This document shows, in pieces, positions 52,601 to 64,000 of a stretch of 64,000 nt of DNA. The stretch's first letter is position 1. The number at the start of each line of letters is the position of its first letter. The stretch is taken from NCBI GenBank assembly GCA_008632985.1, contig QPGO01000216.1, positions 1 through 64,000 of the forward strand, written 5' to 3'. The position numbers and the translations under genes were made by a program. The stretch comes from Psammoneis japonica (taxonomy: Eukaryota). The notes under the pieces were generated by a model that ran no database searches, was not told the DNA's origin, and was given only the letters and a program-made list of their open reading frames with translations.

Positions 52601-55600
52601 GTACGAATGTCTTTTCAGAACTTTCAACGATTGACAATGGTGGTGATGCGCTGCAAGCGCTGCCGAACGATGAGAAAAGTAATTTCGTCAAAAACAGCTC
52701 TCTCTGTGCATGTCAGCACGAGATTGAGAACTCCAGATTCAATGCGCTCGACACGGAAACCGCAGATGTCGCGTTTCGTGAGCGATTGGAGCATCTTATT
52801 TAAAAATTCATACATTACCGGTGAGAAAGATACTGACACCGATGACTGCCAAGAAGCAGTACTGTAAACTACGCGAAAATAGTAGTTTAGATATGCCAAA
52901 CGGCCTAAGACAAAATGTGTCTACAGAAAATGACTTATGACACTGCCTATGGTATATTTTCCACGTCTCCGGGACGTAGAATGGACAAGATATTTCTGCA
53001 AGGCCTATAAATGGCCTAGAACTAATGCTCATGTATACTGGACATACATAATTCTATGCGCAGTATCACGCACACGTCATTTAGTGACACTTAAATGTGA
53101 GAATGACCGTACAGTAGCGAAGATACTAGCTGCTACGTAAAATGAAAAAGGCCGAATAGTACGTCAGACGAAAGGCCTACACAAAGAATGACGCGCAGCA
53201 AGAATGACTGCATGCGCTGATATTTGGATACGAGACGTTAATTGATATAACGCTCGAAGGGTTCAACGGAAAAACCCATAATGCGAGAAAAGCACATACA
53301 CACAGGAGTACTGTACACACATGCTCTCCTCTACTATGTAAAAAAATGCTGAACGAGCCTTTATGTGACGAAACGCTCGAAGGGTGAAACGGAACACCCC
53401 AATTTATGTGATAAATCACGCGCGTAAAAGTCAATATGCTCAAGAAAATCAGAGTACTTAACCGCTCGTGGGCTGCAGACCATTCGGTTTAACTGACTTC
53501 AACGACGCCAACGGACAAGAAGAATGCCGTTTCGAAAGGCCGAATATGGATATGACACTTCGGCCACAAAAATTGTAAAAATCATAAAAATGCTCGGAAA
53601 AGGCATAAAAATGCCCAAAAAAGGCATGCAAACTTCAAAAAACAACCCGAACTGGCGTAAAAAGAGCTTTATGACGAAAAGCCCGCCATTCAAATGCAAA
53701 TTTGATGCGTTCTTTCCGTGAAGGTGAAAGAATGTGACATGAGCAAAAATTTTTTGCTTTGTCTATTGCCTGTCAAAGACAGAAGGGGTGTTGCCATGAC
53801 AGAAAGTGGAGCCTGATCAACTCTGCAATTGTGTCGATGCGCCACCTTTTTTTCTTTTTTTTTTTGCCCAGGTCGAACTCCATCGTGGAACGCGCACATC
53901 AGACGATTGGAAACTTGATGCTGCCATGCCGGCACACGTATGTTCTTAGCACAGCACTCCGAGCACAAGACATGGAGTTAGACGAAGATGACCCTTGGAC
54001 TGAAACTTTCTGCCGTGACCTTTGCTGACGTGTTCCAGCCGCACGTGAACCAAATCGTGCACAAAAATGACATTTGCGCGATTTTTGCGCGGTCCTTAAC
54101 TTACAATCGAACTTTCACCACCAAAAGTATAGATTTATACAAACACAAATGTTTTGCAACACTAACAAGACTCGTGTGAGTGTTGCAATGTCATTGTCAT
54201 TGTGCCATCTGTGTTTTTCATTGCGTGAAAAGATTCGTAACACAACGGATGATTTTCGGCGAAAACATTGCCGTCATTTGGATGTCACCCAAATGTGTCT
54301 TTCTACGATGCTACTTGGTAGGTTTTCTACCTACAAAAAAATCTCAGCACAAATCTGCTGACGTACAATCAGCACTGAGTCTGCTGAGGAAGTTCATGAT
54401 GCATGTCCCATGAGGATTTGAACACCCCTCAAAAAACTGTTTAAATGTTCATACTTTAGAAGCCTGTGAAAGTCAATCCGTCTAAGTGTTTTTATTAAAA
54501 TGCTCTGTACACTAGAACACACATAAATTGTGTTCAAAATCCGATTGTCGTTTTGTGCGTCACCTGGGACTGGAACACGTCTGCTGCACGTGCAATTGCA
54601 CAGACCACTGCCAAGGCAACTCCGATGCAGTTGGTCTTCGGATGTGATGCAACATTGTCTGTTGTCTTTTGCAACAAGTGGAGGCATGTCTCGGACAGAA
54701 TTCAGAAAATGTTCCGCTCAACAGACAAGCATGAGAATCAAGCACGAACAATGGACAAACAGTGGCACCGACAATTGTTGTGCAGGGCCAGCTGCAGTTG
54801 TTCAAGTCAATGAAAATGTCATCCTTTGTGTGCAAGAAGGTACACTGGTTTTTTGGACACAACAAAAAATGTCCTTTTCCAGCAGTGGGACCCTTCTGTC
54901 ACTCATACGACCTTGTCACAGGGGCGAGTGCAGCAGGCATCCCTGCTGTGGCCGCCGATGATGCCACTTTCCTGCATCTGCAGGCTGTCCGCAGCGACGC
55001 TAATCCCGCAGAAGTGCGCATCAGGAAACGCGACTCTCAGTGCGAGACCCACGAAGGGCTACGGGAGTTCCACACAACTGAGACCGGCACGACTGGCCAT
55101 CGTGCACGTGACTCACTTTGCATGAAGGGACTGCGCAGGATGCACGCAGCACCGAGTGTGATTGGTTCCACACAGGGACTGAAGACGCGGCATGTCTTGC
55201 TGTTGCGTGCACACATGCTCTGCATAAAACAGTCTCACAATTTTTGTAACACACGAATTGTCAACCTCTTTATGACTGAGCACTTGTGCCCTGTTTTTGC
55301 ATGGGGCAATGGACAGCTCCAACCTTTAAAAAATGGAAAAATGGTCGAAGCTCGGTTTCTGTCCGACTTTCGTGAACTGAACAAGAGGCCAATGTGCGTG
55401 CTGCATCCTCTGCCAAATGTTCAGGATGTGCTTCAGAAACTAGAAGGTTTCGTGCATACGACCTCAGTTGATTTGAATGTGGGACACTGTCACATCAAAT
55501 TAAAAAGGCACATGTCGTGCCAACACAAAATCATGCTGTGGGGAGAAAACAAGTGCTGTGAACTTCCCATGAGAAGCCACAGAGCCCCAGACATTTTTGT

Positions 55601-57484
55601 GCAACACATGAGTGAACTCATGACAGGTTTGAAGTTGTCAGAACAACCATGTGTGATCGTTTGTGCCTGACAAAAAGTGACTTCAAAATGTCACCTGCAC
55701 AAGAAAAGCTTGAAACAGCATTGTGTGACTAGAACAGTCGCTTTGAAGGTTAACAACAGAAAGTCCTTCACTGTTTAACTTGAAATAAACTGTCAAGACT
55801 TCCACACGTAACGACATGCATTCGATTGCAAAGAAAATGGAGGCGATTTAGGCAATCGCAACATGAGAAAAACGCAAAGAACACTGCGACATCTCGTCAT
55901 CATATGTTGCTGCTGTCAAGACATGCAGTCTCAATGATCTCCTGTGCAACACCAGCCAGATTCACCTCAACAAAGGTCAAACGGCAAAAGCACAAGTACG
56001 GAACAAAAAGTCTCCGAAAACATGGAGAGCGCATCAAATCAAAAACTGCATTGTTGTCATGCACGAATTTCAATGTCACACGTTACAACGGAAAAAAGAA
56101 CTTCTGTCCATGGTGAAAACGCTCACAAAATTTCGAAATGTGCTGTTTGGCCAACAGATTTTTGTGCATGTGCGGATCACAAGACACAACGGACAAAGTC
56201 ACACGTTGGCGACTTACAACAGAAAACTTCAGTCCCGAATTAAAATGCATCGAGGGCAAGGCGAACATCGCGATCAGCCGACTCACTGCAGAAAATTGAA
56301 TCCTGCGACACTGTCCTGCCGTTAAAACGGGATAAAGACATTCCCTCCAAATTGTCGGACGCAACATGTCATACGAACACTTTTCGTGGAGGCGAGCGAG
56401 ATCGAAAAATGCTCATGTCACATGGATAAAATCGTCTTACACAAGGACGGTTAGAAAAAAAACCTGTGACAGATTGGCACACGATCATACACTGTCCACT
56501 TCACACTGGCAAAAGACAATCTCACAACACCCGCACGGTTGCATGCACAATGCACGAGGCAAGACATTAAAACACACATCATGTCGACACACAAGATGTG
56601 CCAAAGATTCAGAAAAGAAAAGAAAAATGGACATTTGTCCACTTAGTGCACGAAAGCAGTGCCTTCAGAATGACAAAATGGCATGGGCATGTCAAAAAGA
56701 AATGTCCAAATGACGATTAAAATCCAACTGACAGATGGTTGAAGTGCAAAAAAATCCACAATGGAGTTCACAACCATCACAGGATTGATTGTTAAGACGA
56801 AATGGTCACATCCTTTACCATCGTTAATTGCCACTTAAGAAACGTGGCAGTGCAGCAGAGCAACATGGCACATGAAGTAAGCCCGCCAAACTGCACGAAA
56901 TCCACAAGCAAGTGAGTGAACGCCACAATTTTAAGAGCGCACATCGAGTGCTGGGCAAAATGCTGCAGCACGCACAATCGATGCCATGAAAGAACAGCAG
57001 GGCAATTGGTCCTTGTGTCCACATGAACAAAACAATGTCAGAGAGAATGCTTGACACAATGCTGCAGCATGTTTACATGTGCACACACACAGAGCATTGT
57101 TCACACACATGGAGCGTGAGACAAACCATGATGCTCTCGAAAGACATTTGGAAATTGAAACGGCCCTGTGCTGGCCTGTGTAAAACAACAACAGTCATTG
57201 CCAATGGCACAACGCAGTTAACGTGGAGACATCATTGACAATGTCAATGATCGTCGAATTGTTCCACTTAACGAACAACTCTAATGTGCAATTGGGGAGG
57301 CGAATGCAGCACGCGACACATGCACAATCACAATTACACATCATTTGCATGTCAATCGTGCCACAGTCGTGGACATGTGCAAAGGACAGAAGGATCACAC
57401 AGAATTGATCGGATGTTGAAAATTGCAAATACGATGGATTGACGATGTTGACATCTTACGTGTCAATGGCAATCGTATCCGGAC
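49640..57484 (+). mobile_element. Degenerate gypsy family B, copy 2; 5' LTR 49640-50006, partial 3' LTR 57305-57484
   Basis: Collinear with copy 1; PPT at ~57292-57304. Confidence 0.88.
52037..55308 (+). mobile_element. Non-autonomous gypsy-derived LTR element, family C; LTRs 52037-52416 and 54929-55308; TSD ATGG
   Basis: 380-bp direct repeats; atgg on both flanks; PPT acaggggcgag; only integrase scraps inside (NSIVERAHQTIGN, KATPMQLVFG). Confidence 0.9.
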
Positions 57485-60400
57485 TGCAGCATGCGACTGT
57501 TGTGCACATGTTTATGATTGCACATTGTTTGTGTGTCAATCGCACCACAGTCGTGGATACGTACAAAGGACAGAATGATCACACAGAGTTGATCGGATGT
57601 CGAGAATTGCAAATACGATCGATTGACGATGTTGACATCTTACGTGTCAACAGCAATCGCACCCGGACAATCTGTTGTCACGAACATATTCTCCGAAAGG
57701 CCTTTTGTCTGTAGAAGCAGTGCAGAAGCTTTAGGCCATTGAGAACTCGTTCGGAGAAACCAAAAATCACAGAGTAAAATTTAATCTTATAATTTCCACT
57801 TTTCGTACACTGTTCTAAAATTTTTACTAATGTGCCTTTGTAAATTCTTCTACAAACAGGGACGAATCGCATCAGTTCTGCTAGAATCGATTTCCGAGCG
57901 GAAGAAGCTCAATCCGAGCAGTGCCTCAAAATGGAATGCTGTTTTTCGTCTAGCAAATGACAAGATTCGTTCTAATACGGTCTGTTCCAAGCATCCAAGG
58001 ATCAAGGACTCTACAAGTGCACCGCATTGTCAAAAAATCTACACCAAGTCATGGTTGCAGAGAGTGCAAGTCCCGAGTCGATCAGATCCAAGAAATGCAT
58101 CTACTTTGCAAGGAGAGACTATTGGAGAGTTTTTTGAGACCGAATCGACGAGCCTCGAGTCCAAAGAGCAAGAGGGAACCGTTCAAAAGTACCTCAAGTG
58201 TCTCATGTCTCATGTCTTTCCAGGAATTGCACTTCAGAATCAGAGTTGTTATTTTCGAAACGATCTGAAGAAACCAGAGCTGCTTAACAGCAAGAAAGCC
58301 TCTGTTAGACCCAAGAGGTCAATGAAGAGCGTCTATACGACCCTTCAATGGATTCTAAGTTGAATCTAGCGGGAAACCGAGTCGTGAGCTATCAGCCATC
58401 ACTTGCACCGCAAGGATGGCAGCATCAGTCTACTGTCCAAAACAATCAACTGTTGCAACTCATCCTTGATGAGCTGATTAAGTTTTGAGTCATCTAAAGG
58501 TCGTTCATGACGTCCGTGACGAAAAAACATATCAACTCAGGCTCTGACAGCAAAGTTGATTCCAAAACCAAAAAAGGTTCCAAATTTGGTTCCCAAAATG
58601 GTCTCCCATGTGGTGCCAGAACAATCCAAAGTGAATGCAAGGTCCAATCTTTGAAAAAAGAACACCTACATCACGGATTGAAGCTATTCTAAAAATGAAG
58701 TAGCGAAAGAACGCCGTGGACACATTGAGCGTGATCCGAAACGGCGCCGTTCTAATGGCAATCGCACGTGGCGTCGCGACAACGAAAATGCCGCTCGCAA
58801 AAAAAGAGTTGAACGTCATGATTGATCAGGCAGTTCAAAAAATACTCAAAGCAAGTTCCTCGAACAAAGAAAAAGAGCACAAGGGCAAAGAATTGGATTC
58901 TGATACCCTCAGTGAAGAAAATTACCAATTTGATCGGATGATCCAGAGTGAATCCGAAGAACAATTTTGGTCTATTCACGAATTATATGCTTTACTGGAT
59001 ATTAGGAAGCCTAGAAAAAAGGCAGAAATAATTCATACTAGTCCAGGAGTCATCATTTATATGAATGCTTCCTTGGGAAAGGAGAGAAAAAAGCATCTAC
59101 GTGTTCCTATCGATAACGGAACATCGTCAACCATAATTTTGCGCAAATTCGTGCGAAAGTTGAGAACACAAGAATCCGCCACCAAAAACTTGGGAAACCA
59201 AGGGTGAGCTCTTTACGACTGACAGTAAAAACCGAATTCAGTTCTCACTATGCAAATTTAAGACGTACTGATATTCAAACAGTGTATGTCGATAATACGA
59301 AATCTTCTTCAAGGTCGAGTAATATGATCATGGGACGCGACTTAATGTCCAGTCTTGTAATCATATTTTAGACTACGCAATTGAGGAAATCAAATGGGAA
59401 GAAGCAATTACCCTATGAAGAATGTTCATACACTCTTCGATGCCGATGTTTTCAAGCTGAAAACCGATCACATTGAAAAATATGACGCCGTGAATAGAGT
59501 TAATAACGGAACCAATGGTCCTCGACTCACATTATCACGCCATCGATCCTAATCAAGTGACAACTACGGCGATGCATCTAACCCAAATGAACAATCTTCT
59601 TCTTAAGAGGTTGAAATCTTTTTGAAAAGTTCCTCAGACGAATGCATGGGAAGAACCAGTGGATCTCATCGTGGAAAATCTGACGCGATTCCACGACGCG
59701 TGAGAACCTTCTCCTATCATAGTCTTTGGAGGCATCCAATCAAAAGGAATTTGACCTATTATGAAAGATTGAAGTCTTAAAAAATGAAATTACTCTGAAT
59801 CAGTCGCTCTGAGACTCATTGTCTAAAGAAAACAGGTCGAGTTTGACCGCATCCGACACTCAGAAGCTTGGTAAAAGGTTCATACACGTGGTGTATCCTT
59901 TACTTAATATTCAGGAAATGCTGTTGAAGCAAGAACGTTTCATATATGTAATCTATTTGATTCAAACATGGAATGCCACCATGTCAAATAAAAAAAAGGC
60001 ACACGTCGTGCTCACACGAAAATCATGCCGTGGGGAAAAAATGAGTGCTATAGACTTCCAACGAGAGGCTATAGAGCCCCAGATATTTTTATACAACACA
60101 TGAGCGAACTCATGGCAGGTTTGAAGTTGTCAGAACGACTATAAATGATCGTTTGTGCCTGACAAAAAGTGACTTCAAAATATCACCTGTACAAGTGACA
60201 GCTTAATACGGCATTCAAACGACTAGAACAGTCGGTTAGAAGGTTAACAACAAAAGTCCTTCACTATTTAACTTGAAATAAACTATCAAGACTTCCATAC
60301 GTAACGATATGCAATCGATTACAAAGAAAATGGAGGCGATTCAAGCAATCGCAACACGAGAAAAACGTAAAGAACTCTACGACATCTCGTCGTCATACGC

Positions 60401-60788
60401 CACTACTATCGAGACATGCAGTCTCAACGATCTCCTGTACAATACTAGCCAAATTCACCTCAATAAAGGTCAAACGGCAAAAGTACAAGTACGGAACGAA
60501 AAGTCTCCGAAAATATGGAGCGTATCAAATCAAAAACTATATTGTTATCATACACGTATTTCAATATTATACGTTACAACGGAAAAAAGAACTTTTGTCC
60601 ATAGTGAAAACACTTATAAAATTCCGAAATATACTGTTTGGCCAACAGATTTATATATATACGTATCACAAGACACAACGGACAAAGTCATACGTTGACC
60701 ACTTACAATAGAAAACTTCAGTCCCGAATTAAATACATCGAGGGCAAGGCGAACATCATTGCGGTAGACGCGATCAGCTGACTTACTA
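57485..60788 (+). mobile_element. Degenerate gypsy family B, copy 3; 3'-truncated, largely TA-retaining
   Basis: LTR from 57485, then gag-PR-RT-RH collinear with copies 1 and 2. Confidence 0.88.
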
Positions 60789-61235
60789 TCCCCCATGAAC
60801 AAATCCGTCTGTTTTCCGACCGATGGTGCCGCACACGGCACCATAATCGCCACCGTAGAACAACACTGAATTTGCCGTAGAGAATCTTTCCGTTGGAACA
60901 ATTTTCGATCACTAAAACTGCCTCCGACAATTCACCTCCGAAGATGAGGTGATGCCTTCAGATGTGCCCGAAAGCTCTGTCAATGAAGAACACTGCGTGC
61001 ACATTAGTTGTTCAGCTTCCAAGGAATGAATGCTGAATCAATTTTGAACGGGGCATTCTGTTTCGCCTGTCAAGGGAGACGAGTTCAGCGGTCTCGATTT
61101 CCGATCGCTTGCACTCGGCGTCTTGTGTCTTGCTCCGAGCACCAAGCACCAAGTTGCACTTGGAACATAGAACGACAACAACAAGACAAGCCATTGCATC
61201 AAGGTTTTTGAAATCGCGAGTGCCTGAGTGTTGCC

Positions 61236-64000
61236 ATGAATGGATTGTCAGTTGATTTCATTCCTTCATTGGAGTCGGATTGGTTGCATTGCTACGAGGA
61301 GAAAACGGATGTTGCTTTTTCCGAAGAAGATCTTCATTTGTTTCTTGATTCCATGCAGGACAAGCACTCGACGGAATCAACACAGAACCGTCCAACGTGG
61401 CATGCAGATGATGACTTTGGGAAAGATGTGAAGATGCCATTTGGCGAGGCCCGTGCAGAGGTGTGGAAAGCAGCAAAAGACGAGACAAAGGGGTGCAGAG
61501 CGCGGGTGCAGAAAATGATTGGGAAAAGTTTTGACGAAGTCAATGATCCCATCGAAGATCTTCTTCTCTTGTACATGGGGAAGTCAAGTCCATTGATGCA
61601 GTTGCTGCAATCAGAATGTGCTTTGTCTTTTGAAGAGACCGCATCTTTCATGTCTACATGTTGCACGCAAAAAGCACACGGATTCTCGGTTGATCGACTG
61701 CACGACGGCAAGTGCGACAGACTCGACAGGTCTGGGTTGATGGACAAAGAGAAGCACAAGGCAGTTTGGAAAATGATTGGCAAATCACCTTCAGAAATGG
61801 CGGCACGTAAAAAGACAGCTTTCTGGGAGAAATTCCAAGATCGGTTCAATGAGTTGTGTCAAAATGTTAATGTGAGCAACAGTTTGAATTTGATTGCATC
61901 TCTTGACGATGATGAGAAGAAAGCTGCGGTTGACAATGGTGCAGACATGCAGGGTTTAAAGCAAGTCGTCCACACCGACAAACGCAAAGGAATCACAGGC
62001 CACACCGCAGTGTCTCCCGCCACACTTCTTGCTTACGGTGTTTGTTGGGAGCAAGAGGGCGACACTGCATGCGACTGCCACGTAAAGCTTGTTAAAAGAA
62101 TTTTTGGCAATAAACCTGTGCTTGACAGGGTTGCTTTTTGTTCTGACCGTGGCCATTGGACACTTAAGTTGCTTGTCTGTCTGTTGGAGAACGGGGCTGA
62201 AGTTCATGGTGCGGTGCGTCATCAACATTGGTGTCAGTTTACCTGCAATCAAGATTTGAAGACAGGTGACCCGCGGACATTGATTGACAAAGTTGGGCCA
62301 TCGACTCTTTGCACTGGCACAGGGAAGGTTGCAGATCGGGACATTTGTCTGAATGCATGTCGAAATGGCACAAATGGCATAGCGCTTGCAATGTCGTCGA
62401 TCATTGGCGGAGCGCATTGGGATTGTGTGCCGATTGAGCCAAAGCAAGTCTCTGCTCGAATTCCATGCGCTTGCAGTTCAGAGTGGCGCCAAGCTCTTAC
62501 TTTTCATCCATTTCTCCTGGACAAGAACAGCAGCATTGATGATGAAACAATGTTGATGTTGGGCAAATTGGGCATCGATCATGTCACTGAGTGTCAAGGA
62601 CATGTAGAATGGCGTGCTGCTCGGAAAAACGCAGTGACCTCATCAGGTGCCAACACACAAGTGTCAATGCAGCTTAAGATTGACAAAGAAAGAGAGCAGC
62701 GACGACCGCATTGGGTTGTCATTGAAGAGCATCTTAGCACTTCGTCGGGCATCGTGGGAGATGAGTCAAACAATGAGGCAAGCAGAGTCTCGCAAGCTGA
62801 TGCTGTGGGAGTGGAAGATGGTCATGTCAACCAAACTGCTGATGGCTCTGAGAACAATGTGGGAGAACAAGTGGGCCTGGAGCACCATTTGGCCGAGATC
62901 GAAAAAGGACTAGATTCTGACATGGACATGGCTGACTTCCAAAAGGACTTAGATTCTGACATGGATGACGATGAACGACTCTTAGCCATTGAAAGCCGAG
63001 TGGATGAAGCAAAAGAGAAGAGAAGGGAGCAGAAAGAGAAAGCAAAGGAGCTGCTGAGTGACGCAGCTGACACGACCGCAAGAAACAATGAGCTGCGTGT
63101 CAAACTCACAGCAGATTTGAAAGCGGGCTTACACAAAAATTTGCTCAAGGACATCACAAAGCAGATGGGATGGAAAGTTCTAAAGACAAGTGGTGGAAAC
63201 TTGAAGAATGCCATTAAATGGCTAGAGGCTTCACTGGCCTCTTGTCCCTTCATTGTGCTCAGCAAACCTCAGCTGCAAGCGAAGTGTCGTGGGTGCATTA
63301 ACAGCACGGCACCGTCTAGTGTCAACACGGTCCCTCAGCTGGTGGCTGTTTTAAGTGGCAAAACTTCTGCACCCGTCGCCTCAAAAGACACTGTGGATCC
63401 AACCACGCCTCTTGAAGCTGCCATTCACACCAACTTTCTTCCTCCGCTTAAAGGCGAAGCAGCAGAATTGTGTAAGACAGGTCATCAGATGGAGCCCAAG
63501 TATGGAGAAGATCTTCTCACCGTTACAAAAGATGGTTTGTCGCTGGAGAATGGTTCTATTTTGTCGGTGGACTGTCTCTTTAGAGCTGGATTGCTGCAAA
63601 AAGAAGGAAGACGACATCAGAAGGATTCTCCAGATTTCATTGCTGTCGCATCCCTTGATGGCGAGCGAATCATCGTGGTTGCGGAAATGAAGGCACGATG
63701 CAAATCGTCAACTGCTGCAAAGGAAAGGAAGCGACTCTCAGAAGTCGGCAACTTCTCCATCATTGATTGCAACTCTCCCAAACTGGGCAAGTGCACATTA
63801 AAGCGATCAGAGGCCATCCAGGTTAGTGTCATTCCATGCAATCAAAAGTTTTTTGTACGGACAATGCTCACAAATGCTTTTCCTCGACACACCATCGCAG
63901 TGCGCCCATCATGCTAGCACTGTCGGAGTCAACTATGTCATGCTTGCCACAGGGGACCGCCTGGGTTTAACTGGCACAGTGGTGATCAGGCACAACAATG
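61236..64000 (+). CDS. DNA-transposon protein: DDE/D-like transposase region fused to a YqaJ/lambda-exonuclease domain; probable intron 63822-63900; runs off the window; probably decayed
   Basis: SLDDD and SDRGHW (DRGY-like); QG..EW..ARK..VTSS, GHQMEP, DSPD, EMK; GTTAGT donor, ctcac branch site and cag acceptor keep the frame open (EAIQ|CAHHA). Confidence 0.7.

Noticed and set aside
2400..64000. Hundreds of overlapping Cys/His/Met-rich ORFs, suggesting metal-binding proteins or an altered genetic code
   Set aside because: Loss of TAA/TAG and Tyr codons opens frames artificially. The same site is Tyr, Cys or His in different copies, so this is mutation rather than recoding.
2400..64000. CpG methylation decay or GC-biased gene conversion as the sole explanation
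   Set aside because: CpG decay is present but cannot turn Tyr into Cys/His or TTAA into TTGA/TCAA. Gene conversion bias would not obviously single out TA while AA, AT and TT runs persist (judged by eye).

Overview
Eukaryotic, almost certainly diatom, repeat-dense DNA; the assignment is inferred from CoDi-like Ty1/copia elements and a silaffin-like cell-wall gene. The window is a deep nest of Ty3/gypsy and Ty1/copia LTR retrotransposons, a CRE-type non-LTR element, several MITE/TIR families, Plavaka-like fragments and a DDE-transposase/YqaJ-nuclease fusion ORF. It also holds an XPG-family pseudogene and one probable host gene, split by a 711-N gap. The dominant signal is a mutational process rather than a gene. 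Across all repeat classes, TpA dinucleotides have been converted to TpG or CpA (A:T->G:C on both strands), so conserved Tyr becomes Cys or His, Ile(ATA) becomes Met or Thr, and TTAA target duplications become TTGA or TCAA. This is the reverse of fungal RIP and sits on top of ordinary CpG decay. It acted after insertion and in positional domains: sister LTRs and tandem duplicates differ at these sites, and TA-retaining islands cut across element boundaries. All coordinates and alignments were read by eye, with no searches or counts run.
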